Positions 11,914 to 25,900 of a DNA stretch of 64,000 nucleotides are shown here, one piece after another (the first letter of the stretch is position 1; the number at the start of each line of letters is the position of its first letter). Under the pieces are notes generated by a model that was given only the letters and a program-made list of their open reading frames with translations, was not told where the DNA came from and did not search any database. This stretch comes from Anolis carolinensis (lineage: Eukaryota). The translations under genes were made by a program, and so were the position numbers. The stretch lies in NCBI RefSeq assembly GCF_035594765.1, contig NC_085844.1:53521923-53585922 (forward strand), written 5' to 3'.

Positions 11914-12192
11914 CAGAGCTGGCCCTAGGTATTTTTCAAGTGTTGGTTTTGGCGCCCCCCCTCCAAACCAATTACTGAAAAATAAAAGTGTTGGATAAGT
12001 GAAAATGTTGGATAATAAGGGGGGATTAAGGAAAAGCCTATTAAACATCAAATTACATTAAGATTTTACAAATTAAGCACCAAAACATCATGTTTTACAA
12101 CAAATAAACAGAAAAAGCAGTCTCGACTGTGCCCCCGTATATTTTGCGCCCAAAGCGACCGCTTAATTCGCCTCATTGTTGGACCGGCTCTG
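11914..12192. mobile_element. Non-autonomous hAT element
   Basis: TIR CAGAGCTGG/CCGGCTCTG. Perfect 8-bp TSD TCAGGACA at 11906-11913 and 12193-12200. Confidence 0.9.
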
Positions 12193-15100
12193 TCAGGACA
12201 TTATCACACAAAATTACTAAAATGGGTTCTGGCATTGCCAATCAATCTTGCTTTAGATTGGAGTATGGCTGGATAGCTCCTGTTGTTATCACAGCAAACC
12301 TTTGTGGAAGTATTTTGAGAAAGCTCAGTACACTTTTAACTACCATAGCGACTGGGGTGTAACTCCTCTCAACACATGCATTCCTTGTCTTTGTCCATGC
12401 GCCCCCTTTTTCTGTGAGAAATCTGCAATTTCACAAATCACAGTGAGTTTAAGATGATTTCATGAGAAAATACATTTTTCCATTCATGGTTAGGGATCCC
12501 CCAACATGGGTTATATGCCTCGTGCAATAACATTCTTAATCTCTTCATTTCTTGCATTCATACAACACATTTTATCTAGAATTACCATTCTACAGTTTAA
12601 AGCGGAAGGCATAGTAAACATCTTGTATACTTAAGAGGGAGCATACCATGATAGAAGATTTCCTAATCTTTTCTACGCTGACTGACAGTGGATGGGTATT
12701 CATGGTCTCCAGTCATGATTCCCCCATCCCATTATTTTATATGTGACCCTTTTAACTGAAGATAATAGTATTTAATTTAGAACACTTAACACATAATATA
12801 GTGTTTACTGTATTGTCTTTTCACATTCTTCTCCTTTACATAATCAAATATAGTTGCAACACCAGTCTTCTTCCTCTTGTTGAAATCTGTGTCTGCAGGT
12901 TCAATCCATTTTATTGCTTCTTGGTCAATATTGCACTTTAAATAACAAAGGAATGTTGTCTTGCAATTTAAAAAAAAATAGAAATAAAAATGGTAGGGAA
13001 TTTGTAATTTCCTCCATCCACAGACAGAAAATGACTTTGGGATAATAACGGCTATCATCCTAAACACTTTTGGACGTAACTCGCACTGAACGTGATGTGG
13101 CTTTCAAGTATGATTATGATCTAAGAGAGACTATCTAGGAAAAATTAATCAGCTATTCACCATTAATCTCCTATACATACTCAATACAAGAAGGAACTTG
13201 TAATTAATGTTCTTGGGAAACTTTGTTGAATGGAACTTATTTGTGAATAAATGTTATGAGAAGAACTTGTGTATTGCTGAATACTGTGACACCATATTAA
13301 TTACTTATGCAGAATCTATGTTTTAATTCTGCTTCCAGGCATTTGCAGAAATGAGATGCCTTTAGCTACACAAAAGAGCTCTTTTTGGGAGACAACCATT
13401 CTCTCTACCTGTCAGAAGTTAGAATCATTTCCTTTATGTTGCTCATCATGTTTTAGAGGTCTGGTATAAGAGCCTGTTTATACTCATCCCAAGTAATATA
13501 TCAATAGAAAACCAATTATCTTTTGGGTTAGCACATCTTCAAACTATGTGATTCAGTTCTCCAATAACAGTGTGCATATATGTTGATGTTTTAGAAAAAC
13601 TTTTATAAAAATATAGGGATTTGGGAGAATATATTAGGCAGCATATATTGAAAAATATACTTGCCAAAAGGAGATACAATGGAACATCATGCACAAATAT
13701 GCATATGGATACAATATCCATACACAAAAAGACATGCAAATATTTGTGTAGATTTTTGGAAAGTATTTCCATATAAATATAGAAAGTGAATTGACCAAAA
13801 CCTAGTACTGCAGAAATATGGGTGTCATAGAAAGCAAGCCAGAAAAAAAATCTCTAACTCTAATTAAGATCCATGTTTGTCTTCTCATTTTCTGGAAGCA
13901 GAGCAAGCATTCATATATACATGCTGCTTCCAGGCTTGATAGACCAGCTAGGAAATTGGCTTGCTGCCAGTTCAATCTGCATGCAACCATATGTACTCTT
14001 TCAATTTCTTTTGGTGACTGCCCATCTTTATCAAGAAAGACAAATCTAAGCCACATTATTCACAGAAAATGCAGTGGTAACATAGACAGTGAAGTGTCTG
14101 GCATATTTGAGTTGCCAACCAACTGTGCATTTTCTGGTTCAGGCATAAATATACTCTTGATTAAAGGAGTGATAAGTCCATAAAAGGCATAAAACAAATC
14201 TTTTATTATTTGGAATTGGTAACCCACTATTGTTTTATGATGTGGTGCTATATTTGAAGAACCTTCAGGTCAGTAGTAGCCTGGAAAAAATCATAATGTT
14301 TGACATAAAATGAAATTATTGGAAAACCTAAAACAACATGATGCGCCTTAAATGCTTATCCAATGTTGCCCTTATGAGAAAAGTATCATTAGTGCAAGTG
14401 ATTGGTAGCTGTTGTGCAACTTGTTTTTCTAAGAAAGAAATCAGAGTATTGAAAGTTTTAAACACTTAAATAAAATAATTTCTGGCTGTTACTTATAAGT
14501 ACATTAGCCATGAGAAGGGTAAGTTGCAAAAATAACATAAGAAAAAAAATCTAATATCTGTTGCATATTGCCTATGTGAATTTCAGGTTCCTTAAAAAGG
14601 ATAGGATGATTTGATACAGAGGGAGGAAAAACTAAGACTTCAGCATACATAGAGGTGGCTAAAGAAATTTGTTAGAAATTGAACTCTAATTCTATAAGCC
14701 ATTCAATACTCTTTTAATGCAGAGGGATACACACATTCTTGAGGATCTTATAGTTTTTAATATGTTCAGTTTCTATTTAGTGTTCCACCATTGTAGCAAG
14801 TTTCACCCCAATAGCTCAAAAATGAGTGAGAAAGGAGCCCCAGAAGACCTCCCTCCCCACCACGTGCAACTTAACAAAACAGCAACAAACAATTCGTTAC
14901 TTTCCTTATAGTAACGAAACAAATACTTACAATATTTTAGAAACACTTAAGAAATTACTCACTGGCGCTCCCTAATTTTGTAATGAGTATTGAAACATTG
15001 TATTCATTGATACTGGATATTCATCAACAGTCACTGACTGCAATAAAAAGTGATAAGCAAATCATTTTAAGACTTTAAAAATAAAAACACTTTTGGCTTG

Positions 15101-16447
15101 ATTTTACTCCTATAGTTTGCATTTCCATGCTTGCTTGAATGGTATTCACTATATTTCAGATAAATACATATGTCATGTTGATATTTTCCTTAAAAGTGGA
15201 TTAGAATTATATAAAAAGATCTCATTCCTGACTGAAGTCTTGCCAACACTTACAAAACTGAGTCCCTGGATGTTTGACAATGCTTCTGAAAGAATTTCAG
15301 GCATACATTCTGGTGTGTTTCCAAAGTAAGGAAGCTGTCAAGACTAACAATATATGTGTTCTTGCTATTCAAATGTACAAAAATTAATTCATTAAGGAAG
15401 GTCTAAATGAATTAAAACTGGCATGGGCAACATGGAGGTTACATCTAAAGAATGATACAAGATAGCACAAGAGGTATTATTTAATATGGAACCATATCAG
15501 TGCAGATGCATATGAAGAAGCTTATAAACCTCAAATATATTAAACTAGAATTATTTATTTCTGTGAACTGTTTCTTATTGGTCAGCTAAACTGTGTTTAA
15601 GCATATTCCCATAACATCCACAACCCACAAGGAAGATATTGGAAGCTTTCTGTTATGTGTATGACCAGCATCATAATAAACTTTGCTGTCATTTAGAGAA
15701 GTGTCAGGATCACAAATCATTATCTGATTATGGCTTGCTTCCTTAAGCCTGTTCTTCACCCGGATTCAAGCATATTAACACATCATGTTAACATTTGATC
15801 CAAATATTTTGAATTCCTTCTCATAAACCAGATTGAAAATGCAGAACTGGTCAAATTAAACACTATTTGCATTATGCTATGCCATAGTTCAGTGTTACAG
15901 CCAAATAAAACCAGCATGTATGGAGCCAATCCACATTTTGGTTCTTCGTTTTTTGATGTCCTCCTTACTCCAATTTCTTCATCACATTTCCTCCAGAACA
16001 ATTAATCTTATGAAATAATATATAATGTGTTCTTCTGTGAGACACTGAAGACTATAGAACAAGAGCCGAAAGTAGTTTCTGTAAAAAAAAAATAAGAGTT
16101 GCTCTCCTACTGTTGCTATTGCAACAAACAACATAGATTCATATGATGCAATTAATTGGATTTCACAGTCTGCTGAGAATGGCAGGCAACCTGTGCTTTA
16201 GAGCATGGTAAATAAACCCACAGGGATGATTCTCCCAAACACTTTCAGAACATAACATAAAACACTTAAATTAGTGAGGAAACATAAAAGATTCACATAC
16301 ACATAAAACTTACAGCTGACAGTGTATTTTCGAGTGGAAACAAACTGATTTTTTACTCTCAGTTCATAAATAAGCAACCATTATTTCTGCAAAATGCAAT
16401 AGCCATGGCCAATCACACAGGAATAGCCTACGATCTCTCTTGATCTT

Positions 16448-16520
<73 letters not shown>
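16448..16520. repeat. Compound microsatellite (CT)n(CA)n
   Basis: Seen directly. Confidence 0.98.
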
Positions 16521-16521
<1 letters not shown>

Positions 16522-17395
16522 GAACAAAGGGAGAAAAGGAGGAAAAACAGGAAAAATGAGTTTAATAGTATAGAAGTTTTTCAACCCAAATTCATGGAGG
16601 GACGTACACTCTGTACAGATGACCACAGAAGAAGGAGCTACTTTTCCTTTTCTATATCTTTTATACTATTGAGAGGCATTTTCAGATCAGTGAGCATTTG
16701 CAATAAACAAAAAAGGTGCTTTTGTTGTCTAGCCAGTCATTCTTTCAACAGAAAACTGTAGCCGCCTTCCCAACAGCCAGACAGTTTTTACAAAGTAGTG
16801 TAGTGACTTATCCAACAACTGATTTAACAATTCCTTTGCATCTTGACTGCATCTTCCCTTTTATTGGGCAGTACAAATGGAATCTTAGGAAACAAAGTGT
16901 GTTTTTTGACAATAAATCTGCCAAATAGCTCGAGTACATATTAGATGTACATGAAGAAAAAACCCAAATGCATGGATTAAACTTAATTTCAGAAACAATA
17001 TACATTGTTTGTTTATTTATTTCCTTTTCCTCCATAACTGTGATAACATACAGGTTCCTCAGGTGGATGTATACTACAGATCCCATTTCACCACCTTTAA
17101 GAAACACTATTTCACTGTGACAATAATTCCTCCTGCTTCAGTTAATACAGAGGAATGAAGAAAATATCAGTCTCTGCATTGACATATACTTGTCCATGAC
17201 ACTAAGAGCATGGTGGCCTTTGTTTTATCATTAATGTCAAAAAACTGAACACAAATATATGAATATAGTAGTCTATTGAGCTAAAAGGCAAAGTAGATAA
17301 AGATGAAGACTGAGCATATATGAACCCTGCTATCTTCTGTTATAGTTTCATTGTTCTTCATACATGGGGGAAATATCCAGAAGATTTACCTACAC

Positions 17396-17530
17396 CAGTG
17401 GTTCTCAACTTGTGGGTCCCCAGGTGTTTTGGCCTACAACTCCCAGATATCCCAGTTAATTTACCAGCTGTTAGGATTTCTGGGAGTTGAAGGCCAAAAT
17501 ATCTGGGGACCTACAGGTTGAGAACCACTG
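17396..17530. mobile_element. hAT MITE, same family as 3889-3999
   Basis: Palindromic body. TIR CAGTGGTTCTCAAC. TSD ACCTACAC/ATCTACAC. Confidence 0.95.
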
Positions 17531-20449
17531 ATCTACACAATCAGGAAGTATCCTCTCTGCATGGTGAGGAGGAGAAATGAAGACAAAGAAGGGTAGATTA
17601 ATGTGCTGCCCATCTTTGTATTTATTTTATTAGGATTTCAGAATATTTGAATAGCGATATAACATCCCATGAAGATATGCTTAGTTTGCATAGCCCTTCA
17701 CTATTTTCTTCTCTTCAAAATAAGTCAGCTGCTTTACTAATTGGCTCTTACCATGAAGTCAGAACACATTAGCATTGTCATAAAGACAAATATGTATTTT
17801 GAAATATATAAATTAACTTTTGACACAAATGACTACAGCCAATCTGTACACATAACACATTTAGTATTGGGGTTGTGATATTCACAATGATTAGACTGTC
17901 CAGGTGAGTCTGGGGAAAAATGAGCCCCGCTTTCACTTCTCTTCAAATCTTACAACCTCATCAGACTGGCTAAAATTTGGTGGCATATGACAGTTCCTTT
18001 TCAGTTTTGCCATGGAGCCTGTCAGCCCCCATTCCACGATGTACATCGACTTCTAGCAGAGCTCTGTAGCAAAACTGAAGCAGAAGTGGCATATACCACT
18101 GCTGTGGTGACACAGAAGGCTTCCTGTTTTGCATAGATATTAATAGGGGAGCCAAGCAGTGGACGCTTCCCCCCATGGGATGGGGCAAGGGGGAAGCCAG
18201 GCAATGTAGGACATGGAGCAACAGCTTCCCCCTGCCAGGCACTCCTAGATTTGCCATGATCTGTGGCTGCTCCACTATGACTAAAGATACGACAGGTAGG
18301 CCATAGTGTCCACTATTTTGCATGTGTAAAATTTATAGAATTAAGTAAAATGCATTCCAGGTTCCACTTGGACTAAAACTACCTGGCCTATGCCTAATCC
18401 AATATCAGCCAATAACAAAAGAATCTCTGTGGAACACTGCAATGTACAGCCTGTTCAGCTATCATTATTAAAAACAGACAGATTGGCTAATCATTTCTCC
18501 TTTAGCCTTTGCCTGAAACATAGATATGGGGTAGTGACAGTCACAGCTATCTAAAGCAATCATTTTTTTTTCTAGGACTTGGAATTTATATGTCAATGGC
18601 ATGACACAGATTTGATTAAACTACAAGCACTATATGACCACATCTTGATAGAAGATAATTACTACAATGTCAGAACACCCCTTGCAGTTCATAGGACAGA
18701 TGTTCTTACTGATAAAGCTGTAAATCTAATCATTGTTCGTACAAGTAAATGTAAAACAGTAAAATACCATTTAAAAGGATTCCTTATCAAAGTGTTGAAA
18801 ATTATTAAGAGAGGAATTTAGACATGTTTATACTAAATCAGAAAGGAGTTGTTGAGAAAAGGAGACAAATGTGTCTGAATTATGTATGAATAATGCCTAT
18901 TTTCCATCGAGTTTGTCCAGGTTTTGTATTTGTGACTGAACTTGTGAACATAATTTGTGTATGTAGTTTTATATATTGTTTTAAAACTGAGAGTGTGGAG
19001 TGTGTCCTTTAAAACATACTTTCTAATTCAATGTGAGGTGAAAAACTGTAAAACTTCTACTAGCATACTATTATAAATAATTCTACCTGGTCAGTACATT
19101 GGTCTGATATGCTGAAAAGCATAAGGCCAAACTGGAAAGGAAACATCATTGTACTACAATAAATAACAACTCCAACAGTATAGCTATGTTAATATGCAGC
19201 TAACAATAGTTTATATTTTGTTTCAGGTTTGTTTATTTGCTTTTTAAAATTCTAGTTACATTCATAAAATCAAAAGCAACCCTGTTTTGCTCATCCTAAA
19301 TACAACAAATTATGTTTGAATGACAGATTTAAAAGACATGGATATGGGAGGACAACTATATAATCTGAAAAATGCTTGATTTATTTGCATATCTATCTGG
19401 TATGTTTGGACATAAGGTATATCATGCCCCATTGGAATTGACCAGAATCCATTGGGTCACATATGTATGCAAAATCTACAGTTATACATATGTCTTCAAT
19501 TTGTTTTACAATGAAGTAGCCACTACATTCCCGTAAAATGCTCATGTCAGCTCAAGCTTCCTTCGTAATGCAGATGCATTGTTTTTTGGTTATTTAGTGG
19601 AGGGTGATTCAGCTCCAGCCAGGATAAAAAGAGCAACTGTTGCCCTCCTGGATCTCTGTCATTCTCACTGGAGATCTGGAAAAATAACAACTGCTATTTC
19701 ATCCTAGTTGGTGCGGAGACAGTTTCCTCCTGGTTTTCCAGATGCCCCGCAACTTCCCCCAACCACCAGAAGGGTTCTGGATTTTGTGATCTGTATTCCA
19801 CATATAAAGAGCACAAAATGCAAAGAAATAAATGGACATAAATCTATCAAAATGATTTTTTTAAAAAACACTTTTGTTGTCATGCCTCTGCAAGAACTCT
19901 CATTGTTTCCCCTATTTCAGCCCTTTGTAGTTAGAGGAATCAGTATTTTGTGTGTGTGTGTGTGTGGGGGGGGGGGGTTCAGTCTTTCCCTTTGAAGCCT
20001 CCATTGTCCTGCCCCTTTAAGAATCCCCTCAAGGGTGAAGCCTCAGGCAAGGCACTTCTGTTTGTTGGAGGAGTCAGCCTTTTTGGTGACTGGAAGGTGA
20101 AGAGAGAGGAAGGCCGGAAAGTCTACAAAATAGCATGTCCAGCCGGAGCTGTATGAGTTGTATTCAAGTCCTGTCAGAGTGAAATATTGAGACAATCTTA
20201 GAGATAGTTGAACATCACACAAGAAAGAGACAATAGAAGAAATAAAGATTCAAGAGCCTCAGTTCAGCCAGAACTGTGTCTATCTCTCAAAAACATTACC
20301 TTTCCTCATAAAGACTTTGTAGTGAGACACAGGAGTAGAGAAAGTCTAAAATTTTTAGGAAAGCAGTCAAGACATGGCTGTGTACTCAAGCGTTTGAGGA
20401 ATAAATATCTGAGGTGATATGGTTGAATCAAGGCGTACACAAAAAAAGT

Positions 20450-20635
20450 TAGCAGATGTTTTAATAGAGTTAATATAGCTTTTAATTGATTTTGGTATTG
20501 TTATTGTTTTATTGAACTGCCACTGTTTATTGAATGTTTCTTTGGGGCAATGAAATTTGCCGACTGTTGTAAGCTGCCCTGAGTCCCTATGGGTGAGAAG
20601 GGCGGGGTAGAAATGATGTAAATAAATAAATAAAT
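20450..20635 (+). mobile_element. L2 3' UTR/tail fragment
   Basis: GTAAGCTGCCCTGAGTCCCTATGGGTGAGAAGGGCGGGGTAGAAATGATG followed by (TAAA)n. Confidence 0.75.
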
Positions 20636-21894
20636 TTCTTGTTAGTTAATAAATTATTGTTTGATTCAACTATATAGTTTTCGATCTGTTCCCTGCACAG
20701 CCAGTTCACCTTTCAAATAGTAAAGATATCACAAAGAGGCCATTCCTAAACAAAACAGCTTTAAAGACAGACACCTAATTAAAGTATATCTACAAGAATT
20801 AGTATGTTTAATTTGGCACACGTGCTTGAAATGGTACAAAATATTTTTAGGATACCTGTACTTGTAGAACAATATGATTATTTTTAAAAAACCCAAAGAA
20901 ACCTAGTTTTTTTAATACTTTGCTTTTATGACAGGCCCCTTTGGTTTCAAGTAATCAAGCAGGATAGCACTTGTATAAAAACTGTTAAACAATATGGCTG
21001 GCGTGACAATTATCTAAGTGTGTGTCATTAAAATTTATGCTTTACATTCCAAATGAGGCCACTTTATTAAAAAGAAATGCTTTCTTCATCAAGTTGTCAA
21101 AACCTATAAATAATTAAAGCTATGTATTGAAGCCTCAATTCAGTTTGGAGACTAATTTAGTCCCAACTGATCCAGACTCAAACCATTCTAACCTTGAGCC
21201 CAAATTTGATTCAGGTTTTGGGAGTTGGGATCGTCAATTTTTCCCCATTGATTTGTGTTAGGAAACCAAAAAATGGTAATAACGCTTAAATGTTCTGTCC
21301 TCTGGGGGAGGGAAGAACAGCTAGGCACAGTTCTGTCCTTTCTTGCCCTAGCAACTGGTGATAGGCTCTCCCTATATGTTCCAATTATTGTTGCTCTGGT
21401 CTCTGAGAGAAAGAATATATTGCATTTAATTCCCACCACCACCACTGCCATTCCTTTTTTTTTATGTGCCATTTCTTATATAGACTGCAATCTTAAGGAC
21501 AGAGAAATGTCAAATTACTAATACTAGTGCCTCACCAGAATTTCTGGTGAGTTTTTAAAAATACACTATTTGTGGCTGGATGTGTGTATGTTTTGTGGGC
21601 ACCCTAACCTTGAGTTGTCTTTGAATTTCATTTTAATGCCTACATGGAACTGCCTTCATCCTGATTCATAATATTGACCCATCTAGCTCAGTCCTCTCTA
21701 TACTGAGTAAATATGGACTTCCAAAGTTTCACATAGAATTATTTCATAGTCTGCCTGGCAATTTCAAAGAGTGAATGAATGGCTTGTATGTTTTGAACCA
21801 TGCAGGCCTCATCCATACAGTACCTTAATCACAAGAACTTCCATTTCAAAATGGGGAGTGGCTAGATGATGTCACTGGAAAACAATAGCAACGT

Positions 21895-21896
<2 letters not shown>

Positions 21897-21948
<52 letters not shown>
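21897..21948. repeat. (AAT)n microsatellite forming the L2 tail
   Basis: Seen directly. Confidence 0.98.
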
Positions 21949-21952
<4 letters not shown>

Positions 21953-22289
21953 CTTTATTTATACCTCGCCACCATCTCCCCAACGGGGACTCGGGGCGGC
22001 TAACATGGGACCATGCCCAGAGCAATACAATATGATAAAATATAAAAACAGCATACCATAACACAATTAAAAGCAATACAATAAATGATAATATACATTA
22101 CATCAAAAAACCAAAGAAACAGTAAAACAGGGGTAGGCCGCATGAATACCAAGATAAAACTCGGAGTGAGAGGGACAGAGGAAGAGGGACAGAGGAGTAC
22201 TCCACTGTGGACAGGGACACATGAAAGTGGGCCAGTCTAGAGGATAGATGTTGGGGGGGGGGGAGTAACACAGAAATATATAACAGAAA

Positions 22290-25208
22290 TTACTCACCGA
22301 AAGCACAGCGGAAAAGCCATGTTTTCAAGTCTTTCCTAAAAGCTAACAGAGTGGGAGCTTGCCTGATTTCAGTGGGTAGTGAATTCCATAGTCGGGGGGC
22401 CACAGCAGAAAAGGCCCTCTCCCTTGTACTCACAAGGCGGGCCTGAGATATAGACAGTGGTGATAAAAGGGCCTCCCCGGATGATCGTAAAGATCGGGCA
22501 GGTTTATGGTAGAAGATACGGTCACGGAGGTAGGTGGGTCCCAAACCGTTTAGGGCTTTATAGATGATGGTCTGCACCTTGAATTGGGACTGGAAGATGA
22601 ACGGTAGCCAGTGGAGCTCCTTAAACAAGGGAGTGGATCTCTCCCTGTAACTTGCCCCCGTTATTAATCTGGCAGCCGAACGTTGGACCAATTGTAACTT
22701 CCAGACCGTCTTCAAGGGAAGCCCCACGTAGAGTGCATTACAGTAGTCCAGTCTAGAGGTAACTAAGGCATGGACCACCGTGGTCAGGTCAGACTTCACG
22801 AGGTATGGTCGCAGTTGGCGCACAAGTTTGAGTTGTGCAAAGGCCCTCCAGGCCACCGCCGACACCTGTGCTTCAAGCGTCAACGCTGAATCCAGGATGG
22901 CCCCCAAACTGCGGACCTGTGATTTCAGGGGGAGTGCAACCCCGTCCAGCACAGGTTGCCACCCAATACCCCGATCCGACACACGACTGACCAGGAGGGC
23001 CTCTGTCTTGTCGGGATTGATTCTCAGCTTGTTCCTCCTCATCCAGTCCGCCACAGCGGCCAGGCACTGGTTCAGCATCCGAGGGGCTTCCTTGGAATCA
23101 GATGGGAACGAGTAGTGGATTTGCATGTCATCTGCGTAGAGATGGCAACACCCTCCAAAACTCCGGATGACCTCTCCCAGTGGTTTCATGTAGATGTTAA
23201 ATAGCATGGGGGATAAGATAGGCCCCTGCGGAACCCCACAAGTCAATGGCCAGGGGTCTGAGCAGGTGTCCCCCAGTTTCACCATCTGGGAGCGGCCCTC
23301 TAGGAAGGACTGGAGCCACTGCAAAACCGTGCCACCAAGCCCCATCCCAGAGAGCCGCCCCAGAAGGATACCATGGTTGATGGTATCGAAAGCCGCTGAG
23401 ATATCCAGGAGAACCAGAAGGGTCACACACCCCCTGTCCAGTTCCCTGCGGAGGTCATCCACCAAGGCGACCAGAGCCGTCTCGGTGCTGTACCCAGACC
23501 TGAAGCCGGACTGCGAGCAGTCCAGAAAATCGGTGTCATTGAGAAACCCCTGGAGCTGCGTGGCAACCACCCACTCCAGAACCTTGCCCAGAAATGGGAG
23601 GTTGGAGATTGGTCTGTAGTTGTCACAAACCGATGGGTCTAACGAGGTCTTTTTTAATAGCGGTTTTACCACCGCTTGCTTAAAACAGGATGGAAATGAC
23701 CCCTGACCCAATGAGGCATTTATTATAGCCACAAACCACTCCAACAACCCATCTTTGGCCAGCTTAACCAGCCAAGAAGGACAAGGGTCCAGAGCGCAAG
23801 TGGTCACCCTCACAGACCCAAGAATCCCCTCCACGTCATCAGGAAGAACAAGTCGGAAAGAATTCCACAAGATCGAACAGACAGGTGCCTCGGTTACCTC
23901 CGCTGAAACCACAGTTAAGCTGGAGTCCAACTCACGACGTATCTGAGCAACTTTGCCTGCGAAATGGTGCGCGAACCCGCTGCACCGAGTTGCCAAATAA
24001 TCGGGAAGCTCCTGGGTCTCAGGAGGCCACAGGAGCTCCCCAACAACTCGAAACAACTCCGATGGCCTATTGGCCGCAGACGCTATGCGGGCAGTCGTGA
24101 AAGCTTTCCTGGCTGCTCGCAGAGCCACGGAGTAAGCCTTAATAGCGGCTTTAGCCCGTGCTTGGTCGGACACATCCTGAGATTTCCTCCAGATGCACTC
24201 TAGTCCCCTCCTCTCACGCTTCATCATGGCCAGCTCCTCAGTGAATCAAGGAGTTGACGTGGCTCTACGTAGCGAGAGGGGACGTTCGGGAGCGATCGTG
24301 TCCAGTGCCCTTGTCAGCTCACTATTATAGCAATCAGCCAGGACATCGACAGGATCGCCAGTCTCCAGAACAGGAAGATCCCAAGAGACCTCAGGAGTCC
24401 ATCCGGATCCATCAGCCTCCTGGGTCGGACCATATTAGTGGGTCCACCACCCCTGCGGAGGTTAGAAGGCACGGCGAAATTTAAACAGATCAGATGATGG
24501 TCAGACCATGACAATGGAAGGATATTTTGCTCTTCCACTCTGACTGTCCCACCGTCCACAATGAAGACAAGGTCCAACGTGTGTCCCGCCTGATGTGTGG
24601 GCCTAGATATAACTTGAGTCAGCCCCATGGTCGTCATGGCAACCATGAAATCCTGAGCTGCACCTGTTAATGTGGTCTCGGCATGGATGTTAAAGTCTCC
24701 CAAAACTATGAGCATTAGAGACCACTTCTGCTAGCTCGGACAGGGAGACTGCTGGGTCGTGGGGTGGACGGTACACCAGCAGAATCCCCAAGCTGTCTCG
24801 GGCTCCCACCTTCAGCAGGACACACTCAAACCTCGTAGATTGCAGAACGGCGCATCTGATCAGGGCGATGGACTGCCGGAAGATCACCGTGACTCCTCCT
24901 CCCTGCCCCCCAACCCTGGCCTGCTGATGAACCCCGAAACCCGGTGGGCACAGCTGGGTGAGATTCACCCCACCCAGTTCATCCAACCATGTCTCGGTAA
25001 TACATGCCAGATCCGCCCCCTCATCCAGGATCAAATCTTGGATGATAGCTGTCTTACTATTGACGGATCTGGCATTCAGAAGCAGGACCTTAAGGCTGGG
25101 GGGTCTGTCCTGAAGACTACCACACCTATTCCTCTCCAGAGTCGCAAGAACTCTGTTGCGCTTCTCCCTGGGTTGTAAGTGACCGTTCTTCCTTCTCCCC
25201 CACACCAC
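22290..25208 (-). pseudogene. Disrupted L2 ORF2 (endonuclease-reverse transcriptase); the 645-aa RT/C-terminal part (22290-24227) is still open
   Basis: Three ORF pieces in different frames. Frame breaks near 24710 and 24360, and a TGA (probably from TGG in the APW motif) near 24245. Confidence 0.9.
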
Positions 25209-25900
25209 CTCAATGGGACCCCACCCGTGAGAACCCTCTTCCTCCTGAGGGATTGGATGATTGAAATTGCCATTTGAGGGGGATAGTCAGCTGTCCTGGG
25301 ATGGAAAGCCTCCAAGTGTACTTGATCGTTTAAAGGAGAAGCTTCAAAGGAGGGAAGATGTGGGATAAAAGGTCCCCTTTTATTCCACTTCTGGCTGAAA
25401 GATGCATATCTTTGCATGTCTGTGTGAGCCTGCATGCCAGAAAACATGTGTTTTCCTTCCCTCCGTCCCTGTGAAGACTGTTCAAGTGGATCTCCATCCC
25501 CTTTTAAAAGCCTGAAACAGCTGATTAGCTGATTGAGCTGTCAAACAGAGGCACAGTGGATTGATAAGAAGTATGAAAGGGGAGCCATTTGAACTCTCTG
25601 AAATGCTTTATTTTACACTGTATAGTGTTAAACAGAGGCTTAATAAATAACAAGGGAAGGGAGAAATCTGGCAGAAGTTTTTTTTTATTCCCTCCATTAT
25701 ACACTGATCTGTATATATGCACATGTGAATATGCTTATATTCATCCTATTAGTATATGCACATTTTTGGATCAGCACATAATCATATACTTTTATAAACA
25801 TTGGGACAACAATAGAGGGTTTTAATTATCACAATCACACCAGGAGTAGGGAGAGTTTAACATTTACCTTTCTTGCTGTAGTCTTCACAAAGATCATACC

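Larger units (their letters stand above)
21897..25285 (-). mobile_element. L2 (LINE2) non-LTR retrotransposon, near-complete ORF2 plus 3' UTR and (ATT)n tail; probably 5'-truncated
   Basis: Minus-strand ORFs 24690-25208, 24314-24715 and 22290-24227 together encode an APE endonuclease (LLNARSV, CITETWL, YRPP, VLGDFN, GHTLDLV, SDHH), an RT (YRPISNLPFLGK, QSGFR, LLDISAAFDT, GVPQG.ILSP, YADD) and an L2-type C-terminus (SRLDYCNALY.GLP, LHWLP, RAFS..APRLWNSLP). The 3' end carries a GC stem-loop and an (ATT)n tail. The 5' boundary is approximate. Confidence 0.95.

Noticed and set aside
13802-14183. Overlapping 121-aa and 84-aa ORFs in unique DNA
   Set aside because: No recognisable domain and no convincing splice context; the lengths are compatible with chance.
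19926-20440. Possible solo LTR (TGTAG.. AATAAA ..CA)
   Set aside because: No matching TSD or inverted termini could be established, so it is not listed as a feature.
22780-25178. Multiple plus-strand and alternate-frame ORFs of 60-141 aa
   Set aside because: They are antisense or out-of-frame shadows of the GC-rich L2 ORF2.
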